From positions 1-59,854 of the IMG/VR virus record IMGVR_UViG_3300038393_000622: a DNA stretch of 59,854 nt; one strand, given 5' to 3'. The DNA comes from a virus (lineage: Duplodnaviria; Caudoviricetes). Shown here one piece after another: positions 8,778 to 18,662 of the stretch. The position numbers were made by a program, and so were the translations under genes. The notes beneath the pieces were generated by a model, which had not been told where the DNA came from, made no database searches, and saw only the letters and a program-made list of their open reading frames with translations. The stretch's first letter is position 1. Every line of letters begins with the position of its first letter.

Positions 8778-10512
8778 TTTCATCGGTATCGCGATCGAGT
8801 ATGCAAAGGGCGCGGTAGCGGACAAGAAGGGTAAGCGGTTCGGTAAATGGGTGCGCTTGGCCGCAAAGCGGTTCCTGAACGACCTCAAGCGAGCGAAATA
8901 CAACCACGAGACCGGAAAGTGCGGCGCCACTCGCAAGAACGCGCCGTTCGTGTTCGATCCGTGGCATGCGACCGATCCGTGCGATTTCATAGAGAAGCTG
9001 CCGCACGTTGAGGGCGAGTGGGACTCGCCAACGGTCATCATGCATGCCTCGCATGTTTTTTTCGTGGTGAACCTGTTTGGGTTTCGCAATCACGACGGCA
9101 CCAGGCGCTTCACAACGGCCCTGTTTGCGGTCGCCAGGAAGAATGCGAAGTCGTTCCTCTGCTCCGCGGTGCTGCTGTACTGCTTCTGCTGCGAGCAAGA
9201 GAACGGCCCGCAGGTGATCAGTGCGGCGACGACCGGATCGCAGGCGCGCATCGTCTTCAACGTGGCGAAGCGCATCGTTGAGAAGGTGTCCGATCTGCGA
9301 GAGGCCTTCACGCTGGAACCATTCGCGAACGCGATCGCCCGGTATGAGGTTGGTGGCACGTTCAAGCCGATCAACGCAAAGGCCAGCACGCAAGACGGTT
9401 TGAATCCGTCGCACTGCGGCATTGATGAGATTCACGCCCACAAGACGCATGACCTGCTGAACGTCCTGAAATCAGCGGCTGGCGCACGTAAGAACCCGCT
9501 GTTCCTGTACACGACGACCGAGGGATACACCAATCCTGGGCCGTGGGGCGAGATTCGGCACTTCGCCAAGCAATTGCTTGAGGGCGTGGTCGATGCCGAT
9601 CACTTCCTGGCTGTCTACTTCGCGCTGGACGATGAAGACAAGGCGGCTGGCACGCCGGCTGATGACGACTTTGACGAGAGCAAGTGGATCAAGGCCAATC
9701 CACTCATGGAGGTCAATCCACTCCTGCTGAAGGAGATCCGCAAGGAGGCGGTTGAAGCCAAGGCAATGCCAGGGCGGCACGCCGAATTCAAGATCAAGCG
9801 CCTGAATCGCCCCGCTGCTGGCGCTACCGCGTGGGTCGACCTGCAGAAGTGGGGGCGCTGTAACGGCGCCGTGGATCTGGATTGGCTCAAGGGCCACCGG
9901 TGCGTCATCACGCTTGACCTCGCGTCAACGACCGACTTGGCTGTGGTGCGGCTTACGTGGGAAGTGGAGGGAGTTTTCTACACTTGGGCGCGCCGCTACG
10001 TGCCGGAATCGGCAGTCAAGCAGCGAACCGAGCGCGGCACGGTTCCGTATGCGGCGTGGGTGCAGGCCGGATTGATCGTCCAGACAGAGGGCGATGTCAC
10101 CGATTACGGGGTGATCGAGAAGGACATTGTTGAGCTCGCGGACCGCTTTACGCCGGCTGAGATCGCGTTTGACCCATGGAATGCGACGGATCTGGTCAAC
10201 CGGCTGAGTGAGCGCAGCTTGCCGATGGTTGAATTCATCCAGGGAACGAAGAGTTACCACCCCGCGATGCAGGCGCTTGAGCGCGCGTACATCGCTGGGA
10301 ATTTGCGGCACGGCGGCGACCCGGTTTTGACCTGGTGCGCATCGAATCTCGTAGCACGAACCGACCCGAACCTGAATACCGCGCCGGACCGCAAGCGGTC
10401 TGCCGAGAAGATTGACGACATGTGCGCGCTGCTGATGGGGATCGGACGCCTGATTGCTGGCGACGACAACTCAAACCAGATGCCGGACGACTACCAATTA
10501 CTGAGCGTATGA
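8758..10512 (+). CDS. terL: Terminase large subunit
   Basis: Walker A VARKNAKS, Walker B GIDEIH, nuclease LDLAST and KIDDM. Confidence 0.95.
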   Translation: MASERRDFIGIAIEYAKGAVADKKGKRFGKWVRLAAKRFLNDLKRAKYNHETGKCGATRKNAPFVFDPWHATDPCDFIEKLPHVEGEWDSPTVIMHASHVFFVVNLFGFRNHDGTRRFTTALFAVARKNAKSFLCSAVLLYCFCCEQENGPQVISAATTGSQARIVFNVAKRIVEKVSDLREAFTLEPFANAIARYEVGGTFKPINAKASTQDGLNPSHCGIDEIHAHKTHDLLNVLKSAAGARKNPLFLYTTTEGYTNPGPWGEIRHFAKQLLEGVVDADHFLAVYFALDDEDKAAGTPADDDFDESKWIKANPLMEVNPLLLKEIRKEAVEAKAMPGRHAEFKIKRLNRPAAGATAWVDLQKWGRCNGAVDLDWLKGHRCVITLDLASTTDLAVVRLTWEVEGVFYTWARRYVPESAVKQRTERGTVPYAAWVQAGLIVQTEGDVTDYGVIEKDIVELADRFTPAEIAFDPWNATDLVNRLSERSLPMVEFIQGTKSYHPAMQALERAYIAGNLRHGGDPVLTWCASNLVARTDPNLNTAPDRKRSAEKIDDMCALLMGIGRLIAGDDNSNQMPDDYQLLSV

Positions 10513-10670
10513 CAAACCTCGTATATAACCTCGCGCTGCTGATCGGCACGCTCTTGATCGGCGCCGGCGTGGCGATGATCAGCGTCCCGGCTGCGCTTGT
10601 CACGGTTGGCGCGCTTGTCATCGGGCTTACGCTGGTTGGCGCTTGCCTCATCCGTGGGCGGGCTCGCTGA
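10509..10670 (+). CDS. Small membrane protein between terL and portal
   Basis: Two hydrophobic helices; coupled overlaps. Confidence 0.6.
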   Translation: MTNLVYNLALLIGTLLIGAGVAMISVPAALVTVGALVIGLTLVGACLIRGRAR

Positions 10671-12211
10671 TGTTTTTCACTAAGGTCAGCGCGGACTCCG
10701 GCGATCGCTCGCCGTGGGGTGATTTCTGGTTCTCGCCGGTGCCGTTCAACGGCAACTCCGCGCATGTGACACCGGATATCGCGCTGCAACTCGCCGCGGT
10801 CTATGCCTGCGTGCGCGTGCTGACCGATTCGGTGTCGATGCTGCCGTTCATGCTCTACCGGCAGAACGCGGACGGTGGCAAGACGCCGATCAAGAATCAT
10901 TGGCTGTATCGCCTGTTTGCACGCCGCCCGAACAATTTTCAGAACCCGATGGAGTTTCGGGAAATGATGCAGGGCCATCTGGCTCTGCGCGGGAATGCGT
11001 TCGCGCAGATCTTCGAGACGTCGCGCGGCGAAGTGACTGACCTGATCCCAATCCATCCTGACCGGGTGATGATCGAAATGCTGTCGGATTCGAACTGGCG
11101 CTACCGTGTCAGTAATCTCGATGGCAGCGTGAGCGTGATGAGCCGGCAGCAGATGTTCCACATCAAGGGCCTGTCGCCCAATGGAATCGTCGGCTACAAC
11201 CCAATCCAGTTGTCGCGCAAAGCAGTCGCGACCGGTCTCGCGGCACAGGACTACGGAGTCCGTTTTTTTGAGAATGATGCGCGCCCTGGCGGCTGGATCG
11301 AGCATCCAGAGCATTTTAAGTCTGATGAGCAGCGGCGCCAGTGGCGCGAGGCATGGCAAGAGCAGCAGTCAGGGCGAAACAAGCACAAGACTGCCGTTCT
11401 TGAGTATGGGCTGAAATACCACGAGCTAACCGTCAGTAATGATGACGCCCAGTTCATCGAGACCAAGAAAATGACGCGTTCGGAGATTGCGACGATGTTC
11501 CGCATCCCGCCGCACATGATTGGCGACCTCGAAAAAGCCACCTTCTCCAATATCGAGCAGCAAAGCATCGACTTCGTGACCCACTCGCTGACGCCGTGGC
11601 TGGTGCGCTGGGAAGAGGCGATTCGGTTCAACTTCATGGATCCGGAAGACGACTCGCTGAACATCAGCTTCCCAGTGATTTCCCTGCTTCGCGGTGATTC
11701 GACCGCGCGAGCGACCTACATCAACCAGGGCGTCATGAACGGGACGCTGACCCGCAACGAGGGGCGCTTGATGGAGGATCGCAACCCCATCGAAGGGCTG
11801 GACGAGCCGCTACGACCGCTCAACATGGTTGAGGAGAGCGCCGCGGAAGATGCCGAGGAAGTGGAAAACGACGACAGCACCGACAGTAATGAGCCGCAGC
11901 CGCCAGCGCCTCCGCAGAATGCCGAGCGCCTGAATGCACTAGCTGTCGCCGCTGCCGAGCGAGTCGCGCGCAAGGAAAAGGAAATGGTGAGTGCAGCACT
12001 CCGGCTGGAGAACACCGGTCGCGCATTGTTTGATGCCTATCTCAAACACGAAACATTTATCGCATCGGCCCTCGGCATAGCTCCTAATTTGGCAAAAGAT
12101 TACTGCCAGTCGCAAATGTGCTCGGTCGGCGGCGTCGATATGGACATGCACGCATTCCACCGAGACGCCTTGGCGCGTCTCACCAAACTGGCACTTGAAG
12201 GAACCGTATGA
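10670..12211 (+). CDS. Portal protein (HK97 family)
   Basis: AVYACVRVL, LRGNAFA, FRIPPHMIGD...FSNIEQQ. Confidence 0.95.
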   Translation: MFFTKVSADSGDRSPWGDFWFSPVPFNGNSAHVTPDIALQLAAVYACVRVLTDSVSMLPFMLYRQNADGGKTPIKNHWLYRLFARRPNNFQNPMEFREMMQGHLALRGNAFAQIFETSRGEVTDLIPIHPDRVMIEMLSDSNWRYRVSNLDGSVSVMSRQQMFHIKGLSPNGIVGYNPIQLSRKAVATGLAAQDYGVRFFENDARPGGWIEHPEHFKSDEQRRQWREAWQEQQSGRNKHKTAVLEYGLKYHELTVSNDDAQFIETKKMTRSEIATMFRIPPHMIGDLEKATFSNIEQQSIDFVTHSLTPWLVRWEEAIRFNFMDPEDDSLNISFPVISLLRGDSTARATYINQGVMNGTLTRNEGRLMEDRNPIEGLDEPLRPLNMVEESAAEDAEEVENDDSTDSNEPQPPAPPQNAERLNALAVAAAERVARKEKEMVSAALRLENTGRALFDAYLKHETFIASALGIAPNLAKDYCQSQMCSVGGVDMDMHAFHRDALARLTKLALEGTV

Positions 12212-13221
12212 ACAAGATCCGCATCCTGTCGGCTGTTGCTGACCAGTATTGGGCGCTCGAACCCGGCTACATGGCGCGCATGTCCGTCGTGCTCCAGAAT
12301 TGGGTGCTCGGCAAGGACGCCTCGCCGGAAGTGCTGGCCGACATTCAGGCTGCACAAGCTGCGCGCGCAGCTCGCAGCAAATCCAACGCGGGAGTCGGCG
12401 GCGGTATCGCGGTACTGCCTTTGTATGGCGTCGTCAGCCAGCGCGCTTCCCTGATCGATGAGATCTGTGACGGCGGCACCAGCACGCAGAAATTCACCCA
12501 ATCCTTCCGCGATGCGATGAGCGACGACTCGGTGGGCGGCATCCTGATCGATATCGACTCGCCGGGCGGTTCGGTCTTCGGCGTGGCTGACCTCTACGAC
12601 GTCATCATGTCCGCGCGTGGCGTGAAGCCGGTGTATGGCCTGGTCAACTCGCTGTGCGCTTCGGCGGCCTACTGGCTGGCCTCTGCCTGCTCGCAGATCA
12701 TCGCCGTCAAAGGCTCGATGACTGGCTCGATTGGCGTGTACACCCAGCACATCGACCTGTCGAAGGCGCTTGAAATGTCTGGCGTCAGCCAGGAGTTCAT
12801 CAGCGCCGGCAAATACAAGGTCGAGGGCAATCAATACGGCCCGCTCACCGGCGAAGGGCGCGCGTTCACCCAATCCCAGATCGATTCGTACTACACCGCC
12901 TTTACCCAAGCCATTTCGAAGGGCCGCGGCGCCCCGATTGCCGACGTCCGCGATGGCATGGGGCAGGGTCGCTGCCTGCTACCGGCCGACGCGCTCGCCG
13001 CAGGAATGATCGACGCGATTGACACGTTCGACGGCGCCGTGAGCCGCCTGAAATCGGCCATCAAGTCCGGTGGTGCGCAGGCCGAGACGCTTGTTGACGA
13101 AGTTGTGGCCGAGGATTCGGTCGTGGAACCGCAGGCCACAGTCGAAGTGCCGCAGGCCGATCCGATTGACCAGGTTGCCGCCGCGGCTCGCGCCCGCGCC
13201 ATCCAAATCGCCGCAGTTTAA
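12208..13221 (+). CDS. Prohead protease, S49 family
   Basis: IDSPGG, ASAAYWLAS, GSIGV, AGKYK. Confidence 0.92.
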   Translation: MNKIRILSAVADQYWALEPGYMARMSVVLQNWVLGKDASPEVLADIQAAQAARAARSKSNAGVGGGIAVLPLYGVVSQRASLIDEICDGGTSTQKFTQSFRDAMSDDSVGGILIDIDSPGGSVFGVADLYDVIMSARGVKPVYGLVNSLCASAAYWLASACSQIIAVKGSMTGSIGVYTQHIDLSKALEMSGVSQEFISAGKYKVEGNQYGPLTGEGRAFTQSQIDSYYTAFTQAISKGRGAPIADVRDGMGQGRCLLPADALAAGMIDAIDTFDGAVSRLKSAIKSGGAQAETLVDEVVAEDSVVEPQATVEVPQADPIDQVAAAARARAIQIAAV

Positions 13222-13306
13222 CCAGTTTCGGGCCGCACACGCCCACCGCAAACCAGTCCGTTGATTGGTGAGCGCCGCCCCATAGGGCGAATGTGCATCC
13301 AAATCC

Positions 13307-13329
13307 AGCCGCCTAGAGCGGCTTTTTTT
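13307..13329 (+). terminator. Intrinsic terminator-like hairpin
   Basis: AGCCGC-CTAGA-GCGGCT followed by a T-run. Confidence 0.6.
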
Positions 13330-13352
13330 ACGCCCATAGGAAAGACATCATC

Positions 13353-14654
13353 ATGAACAAACGAGTCCTTATGCAACGCAAGGCCGCAGCAGTGGCCAAG
13401 GCTAAAGAACTGAACACGCTGGCCGAGAAGGAGAACCGCGTCTTCACCTCCGAAGAGCAAACCCAATTCGACGCCCACATGCAGGAAGCAAAAGACCTGC
13501 AGGGCCAGATCGACCGCGCCGAGGCGCTGGAAGCGATGGATACCGGCGCCACCGTGACCGTCGAAGACACCATCACCGTCGAAGAGAACGTCGCCAAGGA
13601 TCCGAAGGGTGGCTTCAACTTCGCCGGCGAATTCATGAAGGCCGTCCACGGCGCGCACATCGCCAAGATCAATGGCGGTGCCATCGATAAGCGCCTGCAG
13701 ATCGGTGCGGCAGCCCCCGGCGCTGGCACCTACGCGAACGAAGGCGCCGGCGCGGACGGCGGTTTCCTGATCCCGCCGGAATTCAGCAAAGAGATCTTCC
13801 AGCTCTCGCTGGACGACAGCGATTTCCTCAGCATGACCGACCAGGTCACCGTCGAGGGCAACAGCATGACGTTCCCGAAGGACGAAACCACTCCGTGGGG
13901 TACCAACGGCGTGCGCGCCTACTGGCAGGGGGAGGCTGGCGGCGGCACGACCAGCAAGCCGAACTTCGGTGCGGCCGCGCTGCGCCTGAAGAAGCTGATG
14001 GCGCTGGTCCCGGTGTCGGACGAGATGCTGGACGACACCAACGCGCTGGGCTCCTACCTGCCGAAAAAGGTCGCGTCCTCGATCCAGTGGAAGCGCAACG
14101 AGGCCATCCTGTTCGGATCGGGCAACGGCTTGCCGCAGGGCGCGATGAACAGTGGCGCGGTGATCACCGTTCCCAAGGATAGCGGCCAATCGACCCTGAC
14201 CCTGAGCGCCACCAACCTGGCAAACATGATCGCGCGCCTGCCGGAAGGTTCGTTCAAGAACGCGGTCTGGATCGTCAATAACGACGTCCTGCCGGCCCTG
14301 TTCACCCTGTCGCTGGGCAACTACCCGATCTACCTCCCGCTGGGCGGCGGAAACGGCTCGATGCAAGGCAGCCCATACGGCACGCTGCTGGGTCGCCCGG
14401 TCATCGTGTCGCAGCACGCGAACACCTTTAGCTCGCAGGGTGACGTGATGCTGGTGGACTTGTCGTACTACCAGACCATCACCAAAGTCGGCGGCGTGCA
14501 GATGGCGACTTCCATGCACCTGTACTTCGACGCCGACGCAACCGCGTTCCGTACCACGTTCCGCATGGACGGCCAGAGCAAGATCAGTGCCGCCATCGCG
14601 CCTGCCAAGGGCACCAACAAGCTGTCGCCGTTCGTGCAGCTCGGCGCCCGCTGA
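13353..14654 (+). CDS. Major capsid protein (HK97 fold)
   Basis: N-terminal coiled-coil delta domain, DGGFLIP, TLLGRPV. Confidence 0.95.
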   Translation: MNKRVLMQRKAAAVAKAKELNTLAEKENRVFTSEEQTQFDAHMQEAKDLQGQIDRAEALEAMDTGATVTVEDTITVEENVAKDPKGGFNFAGEFMKAVHGAHIAKINGGAIDKRLQIGAAAPGAGTYANEGAGADGGFLIPPEFSKEIFQLSLDDSDFLSMTDQVTVEGNSMTFPKDETTPWGTNGVRAYWQGEAGGGTTSKPNFGAAALRLKKLMALVPVSDEMLDDTNALGSYLPKKVASSIQWKRNEAILFGSGNGLPQGAMNSGAVITVPKDSGQSTLTLSATNLANMIARLPEGSFKNAVWIVNNDVLPALFTLSLGNYPIYLPLGGGNGSMQGSPYGTLLGRPVIVSQHANTFSSQGDVMLVDLSYYQTITKVGGVQMATSMHLYFDADATAFRTTFRMDGQSKISAAIAPAKGTNKLSPFVQLGAR

Positions 14655-14720
14655 TCCGCGGCTGAACCAGTAACGGGCGGCTTCGCGCCGCCCATCTGAA
14701 ACCACCTCTCAAGGATTACC

Positions 14721-15167
14721 ATGAACCCGAACGTGAAACTCTCCGAAAAGGTCGCCATTCTGGCAACCATGGACCCGGCAAGCGTCGCCGCCAGCACCGT
14801 CGTCAGCGCCTGGGTGTCGATGGCGAACGTCGGCATGCTCACCGCCCTGATCCAGACCGGCGTCCTCGGCGCCTCGGCAACCGTGGATGCCAAGCTGCGC
14901 CAGGCTACCGACTCCAGCGGCACCAACGCCAAGGACATCACCGGCAAGTCGATCGCCCAGATCGTCAAGGCCAGCGGCGACAACGTGCAGGCGATGGTCG
15001 AGGCTCGCGCCGAAGATCTGGACGTCAACAACGGCTTCGGCTACGTGGCGCTGTCCATCACCGTTGGCACCGCTGCCTCGCAACTGTCGGCTGCGCTGAT
15101 CGGCTCGGCGCCACGCTACATGCCGGCGTCGGCCTTCAACCAAGCCGCTGTCAAGCAGATCGTCTAA
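14721..15167 (+). CDS. Probable head decoration/structural protein
   Basis: Directly after the capsid gene; beta-rich; AAGGA RBS. Confidence 0.55.
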   Translation: MNPNVKLSEKVAILATMDPASVAASTVVSAWVSMANVGMLTALIQTGVLGASATVDAKLRQATDSSGTNAKDITGKSIAQIVKASGDNVQAMVEARAEDLDVNNGFGYVALSITVGTAASQLSAALIGSAPRYMPASAFNQAAVKQIV

Positions 15168-15217
15168 GCAGCACGCGCCCCGGCTAAGCGTCGGGGCGCT
15201 ACTGAACCGGTGTCCAC

Positions 15218-16084
15218 ATGCCCGAAATCTGCCTGATCCAACCGGCCGGCGAGCCGATCCATGTCGAGGAAGTCAAGCTCGACCGCCGGATCGTCAGCGA
15301 CAACTCTGACGACAGCCGCATTCGCTCGCTGATCGCCGCTGCGCGCCAGCATGCTGAAATGCAGACCCGCCTGCAGCTTCTGCACGCCCGTTGGCAGCTC
15401 GCGCTGGATGGCTTTCCGATGTACGGCTCTTTGGCTCCGTTTTCGCGTCCTGCTGGCATCCCCGAGTTCGCTATCATGCTGCCGCATTCGCCACTGGTGA
15501 AGGTTGTCTCCATCCAGTACGTCGACATGGGCGGTGTGCAGCAGACGATGGATCCGGCTGATTACGTAGTCAACAAGGTAAATACCCCGGCACTGATCAC
15601 GCCGAAGTTCGGGAAGATCTGGCCGATCCCGCTGCCGCAAATCGGCTCGGTGACGGTCACCTATGACGCTGGTTTTGCCTCGCCTGTGACGTTCAGCCAG
15701 TCAGGCAGCCAGCTTTCGGTCACCGGTCCCGTTGAATGGGCTGTTGGCGACCGCGTGCAGCTTTACGGCTCCGGCACTTCGGACTATGCAATGCCGACGC
15801 CACTCAATCAGGATGCCGCGTACCTGATCGCCACTGCGCCCGGCAATGGCGTCTATACGCTGTCCGACTTGGTAGGAAATCCCATCACGTTCAGCGATGC
15901 TGGTGCCGGTACTGGCCGCGCTTATCTCGGCGTTGTGCCGGATGGGATTCGCGCCTGGATGATGCTGCGCGTCGGCGCGATGTACGAGAACCGCGAGGAA
16001 GTCGCGGTCGGCCAGCGCGTGGTCGTGCTGGATTTGCCATATGTTGACGGCCTGCTTGACCCTTACCGGACGAGTCTGCCGTGA
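15218..16084 (+). CDS. Head-tail connector (HK97 gp6/phiE125 gp8-like) with an inserted domain
   Basis: LIAAARQHAE...VTVTYDAG...MYENRE...LLDPYR. Confidence 0.85.
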   Translation: MPEICLIQPAGEPIHVEEVKLDRRIVSDNSDDSRIRSLIAAARQHAEMQTRLQLLHARWQLALDGFPMYGSLAPFSRPAGIPEFAIMLPHSPLVKVVSIQYVDMGGVQQTMDPADYVVNKVNTPALITPKFGKIWPIPLPQIGSVTVTYDAGFASPVTFSQSGSQLSVTGPVEWAVGDRVQLYGSGTSDYAMPTPLNQDAAYLIATAPGNGVYTLSDLVGNPITFSDAGAGTGRAYLGVVPDGIRAWMMLRVGAMYENREEVAVGQRVVVLDLPYVDGLLDPYRTSLP

Positions 16085-16428
16085 GAGCTGGCGACCTGCG
16101 TCACCGCGTGACGTTCCAGCAGCGCGCGACCGGCAGCGATCCGAATGACGGCTCCGCGCTCACGAACTGGGTTGATGTGATTGCCAACATGCCGGTGGCA
16201 ATTGCTGCGCTGAGTGGTCGCGAGCTGATGGCGGCACAAGCGGTGCAGTCCGAAGTCTCACACCAGATCGAATTGCGCTACCACCCGCTGCTCGCCATTC
16301 CGAAGGACGTCGCCGCGATGCGCATTGTCTTCGGTACACGAATCTTCAATATTCACAGCGCCGTGACGCTCGATGAGCGCCGCCGCGAAATGCGCATCCT
16401 GGCATCCGAGGGCCTGAACGATGGTTGA
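16081..16428 (+). CDS. Head-tail adaptor (SPP1 gp16-like)
   Basis: MRAGDLRHRVTFQ...SGRE...RY. Confidence 0.9.
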   Translation: MRAGDLRHRVTFQQRATGSDPNDGSALTNWVDVIANMPVAIAALSGRELMAAQAVQSEVSHQIELRYHPLLAIPKDVAAMRIVFGTRIFNIHSAVTLDERRREMRILASEGLNDG

Positions 16429-16852
16429 GATCGAAGTCCAGGGCCTCAAGGAATTACAGGATCGCCTGCTGCAACTTCCGGACAAGCTCAGCAACAACGT
16501 TTTGGCATCTTGCCTCGGTTCGGCTGCGCTCGTCTTCCAGAAAGAAGCGCAGAACCGCGTCGTCACCGCGGCGAAGGATTACAAGCTCTACGGCGGTCAG
16601 AAAGTAAGCCCCGGCTGGCTGCGCGGCCAGATCATTAAGAAGCGCGTCCGGCAGACGAAATCGAACGCCGAGACGATCGTGACGTTCAAGGACGTAAAGC
16701 ACGCCTATTTCTGGCGCTTTCTGGAGTTCGGCACCTCGAAAATGCAGGCCAAACCCTTCATGCGCCCGGCTTTCGAGGCTGCGAAAGAGAAGGCCTTGCA
16801 GCGATTCGAGGACCGCCTCAAGGAGCGTCTGGACAAGGAGGATCGCCGGTGA
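16421..16852 (+). CDS. HK97 gp10-like tail completion protein
   Basis: WRFLEFGTSKMQAKPFMRPAF. Confidence 0.9.
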   Translation: MVEIEVQGLKELQDRLLQLPDKLSNNVLASCLGSAALVFQKEAQNRVVTAAKDYKLYGGQKVSPGWLRGQIIKKRVRQTKSNAETIVTFKDVKHAYFWRFLEFGTSKMQAKPFMRPAFEAAKEKALQRFEDRLKERLDKEDRR

Positions 16853-17208
16853 ACTTCGATCAGGCTGTCTACGCCGCCATGCATGCCTATTCGGGGTTGG
16901 GCTCGATCCCAATTCGCCCCGATGTGGCCGCACAGGGAGATGTGCCACCGTACATCGTCTACACGCTGGTCTACAACGCTCCGAATTGGACCTTGACCGG
17001 GCCTTCCACGCTGGATAACGCCCGGTATCAGATTGACGTCTATTCGAATGCCCGCGCAACTGCGCAAAGCCTGGCCGATCTCGTCACCGCGGCGATCACG
17101 CAGTCCCCCGTACTTACTGGAGTTCCGCTGAATTCCACCTCTGGCTATGAGCCGGAAACGAAGCTTTACCGACGCACGCTTGAGTTTTCCGTCTGGCTCA
17201 ACGCCTGA
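16849..17208 (+). CDS. Tail terminator (DUF3168-like)
   Basis: PYIVY...RYQIDVYS; position before the tail tube. Confidence 0.8.
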   Translation: MNFDQAVYAAMHAYSGLGSIPIRPDVAAQGDVPPYIVYTLVYNAPNWTLTGPSTLDNARYQIDVYSNARATAQSLADLVTAAITQSPVLTGVPLNSTSGYEPETKLYRRTLEFSVWLNA

Positions 17209-17229
17209 CCGCTTTCATTTTCGTGACCT

Positions 17230-17251
17230 GCCCGCTGATGCGGGCTTTTTT
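17230..17251 (+). terminator. Intrinsic terminator-like hairpin
   Basis: GCCCGC-TGAT-GCGGGC followed by T6. Confidence 0.6.
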
Positions 17252-17267
17252 ATTTTAGGAGCAGCAA

Positions 17268-17930
17268 ATGACCGCATCGAAGGCAATCCGCTCGCAAGGT
17301 ACTTACCTGCAGCGCGGCACCAGCAGCGCAGTGACGCCGCAAACCATCGCCAGCATCACCGCAACCGGCACCACCGCCACGCTGACAACCTCCAGCGCGC
17401 ACGGCCTGAATACCGGCGACACCATCACCGTGTCCGGCGCCACGCCGGCGGCCTACAACGGCACGTTCACCTTCACGAAGCTGACCTCGACCACTGGCAC
17501 CTACACCACCCTGACCGCGCCCGGTGGCGCCGCTTCGGTCGTCGGCTCGTACACGGCCACCACCGCTACCTATGCCCAGCTGGAAGAGTCGAACGACATC
17601 AAGCTCGGCGGCGTGTCGGTTTCGGCCATCGACGTCACCCACCTGTTGTCGACGGCGAAAGAGTTCATCGCCGGCCTGAAAGACAACGGAAGCTGCGACT
17701 ACACATGCAACTTCATCAACGGCACCGTGCAGGAAACCATGCGCCAGGACTGCAACAACGGCGTGACCTCACCGTACCAGATCGTCATCCCCAACGGCGC
17801 GACGACCATCACGATGTCCTTCTCGGCCTTCCACACCAAGTTCGACGGCCCCGAAGCGAAGGTCGATGGCAAGCTCGAAATCATGGGCTCGCTCAAGATC
17901 ACCGGCGACATCACGCTGACCTCGGCCTAA
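17268..17930 (+). CDS. Major tail tube protein with an internal Thr-rich insertion
   Basis: IDVTHLLSTAKEFIAGLKDNG and LKITG tube motifs; strong RBS. Confidence 0.88.
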   Translation: MTASKAIRSQGTYLQRGTSSAVTPQTIASITATGTTATLTTSSAHGLNTGDTITVSGATPAAYNGTFTFTKLTSTTGTYTTLTAPGGAASVVGSYTATTATYAQLEESNDIKLGGVSVSAIDVTHLLSTAKEFIAGLKDNGSCDYTCNFINGTVQETMRQDCNNGVTSPYQIVIPNGATTITMSFSAFHTKFDGPEAKVDGKLEIMGSLKITGDITLTSA

Positions 17931-17942
17931 TAGGGAGCGCTC

Positions 17943-18272
17943 ATGGCTTTCGATAAATCCGCATTCTTCGCCGCGCTCAAGCCGAAGACCATTGACGAGC
18001 CGCTCGATGGCTTCGGCATCGTGCGCATGTCGCAGCTCTCGGTGACCGAGATCGACTCGATCCGCAGCGCTTGCAGTTCGGACGATGCGAAGAAGGAGCT
18101 GGGGCTTCGCATCATCATTTCCACCGTCGTGGACGGTGATACCGGGGCGCGCGTCTTCTCGGACGATGACATCGAGCAGTTCCGCGTCTCCAGTAACGAG
18201 GCTGTGGAAGCTCTCGCGACGAAGGCGCTCAAGTTCAACAACCTGCTCAAGGACGAAGCCGCCCCAAACTGA
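17943..18272 (+). CDS. Tail assembly chaperone (lambda G-like)
   Basis: Between tube and tape measure; ends in the slippery heptamer C CCA AAC before TGA. Confidence 0.85.
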   Translation: MAFDKSAFFAALKPKTIDEPLDGFGIVRMSQLSVTEIDSIRSACSSDDAKKELGLRIIISTVVDGDTGARVFSDDDIEQFRVSSNEAVEALATKALKFNNLLKDEAAPN

Positions 18273-18652
18273 GGGATCGCCCCGAGCGCCGGTTTCGGTT
18301 TCGACTGGCGCTCGCCCTCGGCAAGACGGTGGGCGAGATCGAGGCTATACCGATGGCCGAATACCTCGAATGGCAAGAGTTTTACGAGATCGAGCCGTTC
18401 GGCCTCCACGTGCAGGACGCGTTTCACGCGCACCAGATCGCAGTGATGGGAAATATCCACCGCGATAACAAGAAGCGTCCTGAGCCGTTCGAGATCAAGG
18501 ACTTCCTGCTCCATCGCGAGCCGGAACCTGCCGCACCAAAGGTCGAGCCAACAGTCGAGGGCAAGACAGCAGCGCAGTGGCGAATGATTTTCGCCGCCGA
18601 AGCCCACAACGCCGCGCGCCGGCGAGCCCAAGCCAAAGAAACAGAAAGCTGA
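18263..18652 (+). CDS. -1 frameshift extension of the tail chaperone (lambda T-like)
   Basis: -1 frame from CCCAAAC (18263-18269) reads KLRDRPERRFRFRLALALGKTVGEI...EWQEFYEIEPFG. Confidence 0.8.
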   Translation, partial: PKLRDRPERRFRFRLALALGKTVGEIEAIPMAEYLEWQEFYEIEPFGLHVQDAFHAHQIAVMGNIHRDNKKRPEPFEIKDFLLHREPEPAAPKVEPTVEGKTAAQWRMIFAAEAHNAARRRAQAKETES

Positions 18653-18662
18653 AGGACTTCTC

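Noticed and set aside
13218-14705. Long antisense ORFs over the capsid, portal, tape measure and similar genes
   Set aside because: Shadow ORFs expected from high GC3 codon bias; no recognisable motifs or RBS.
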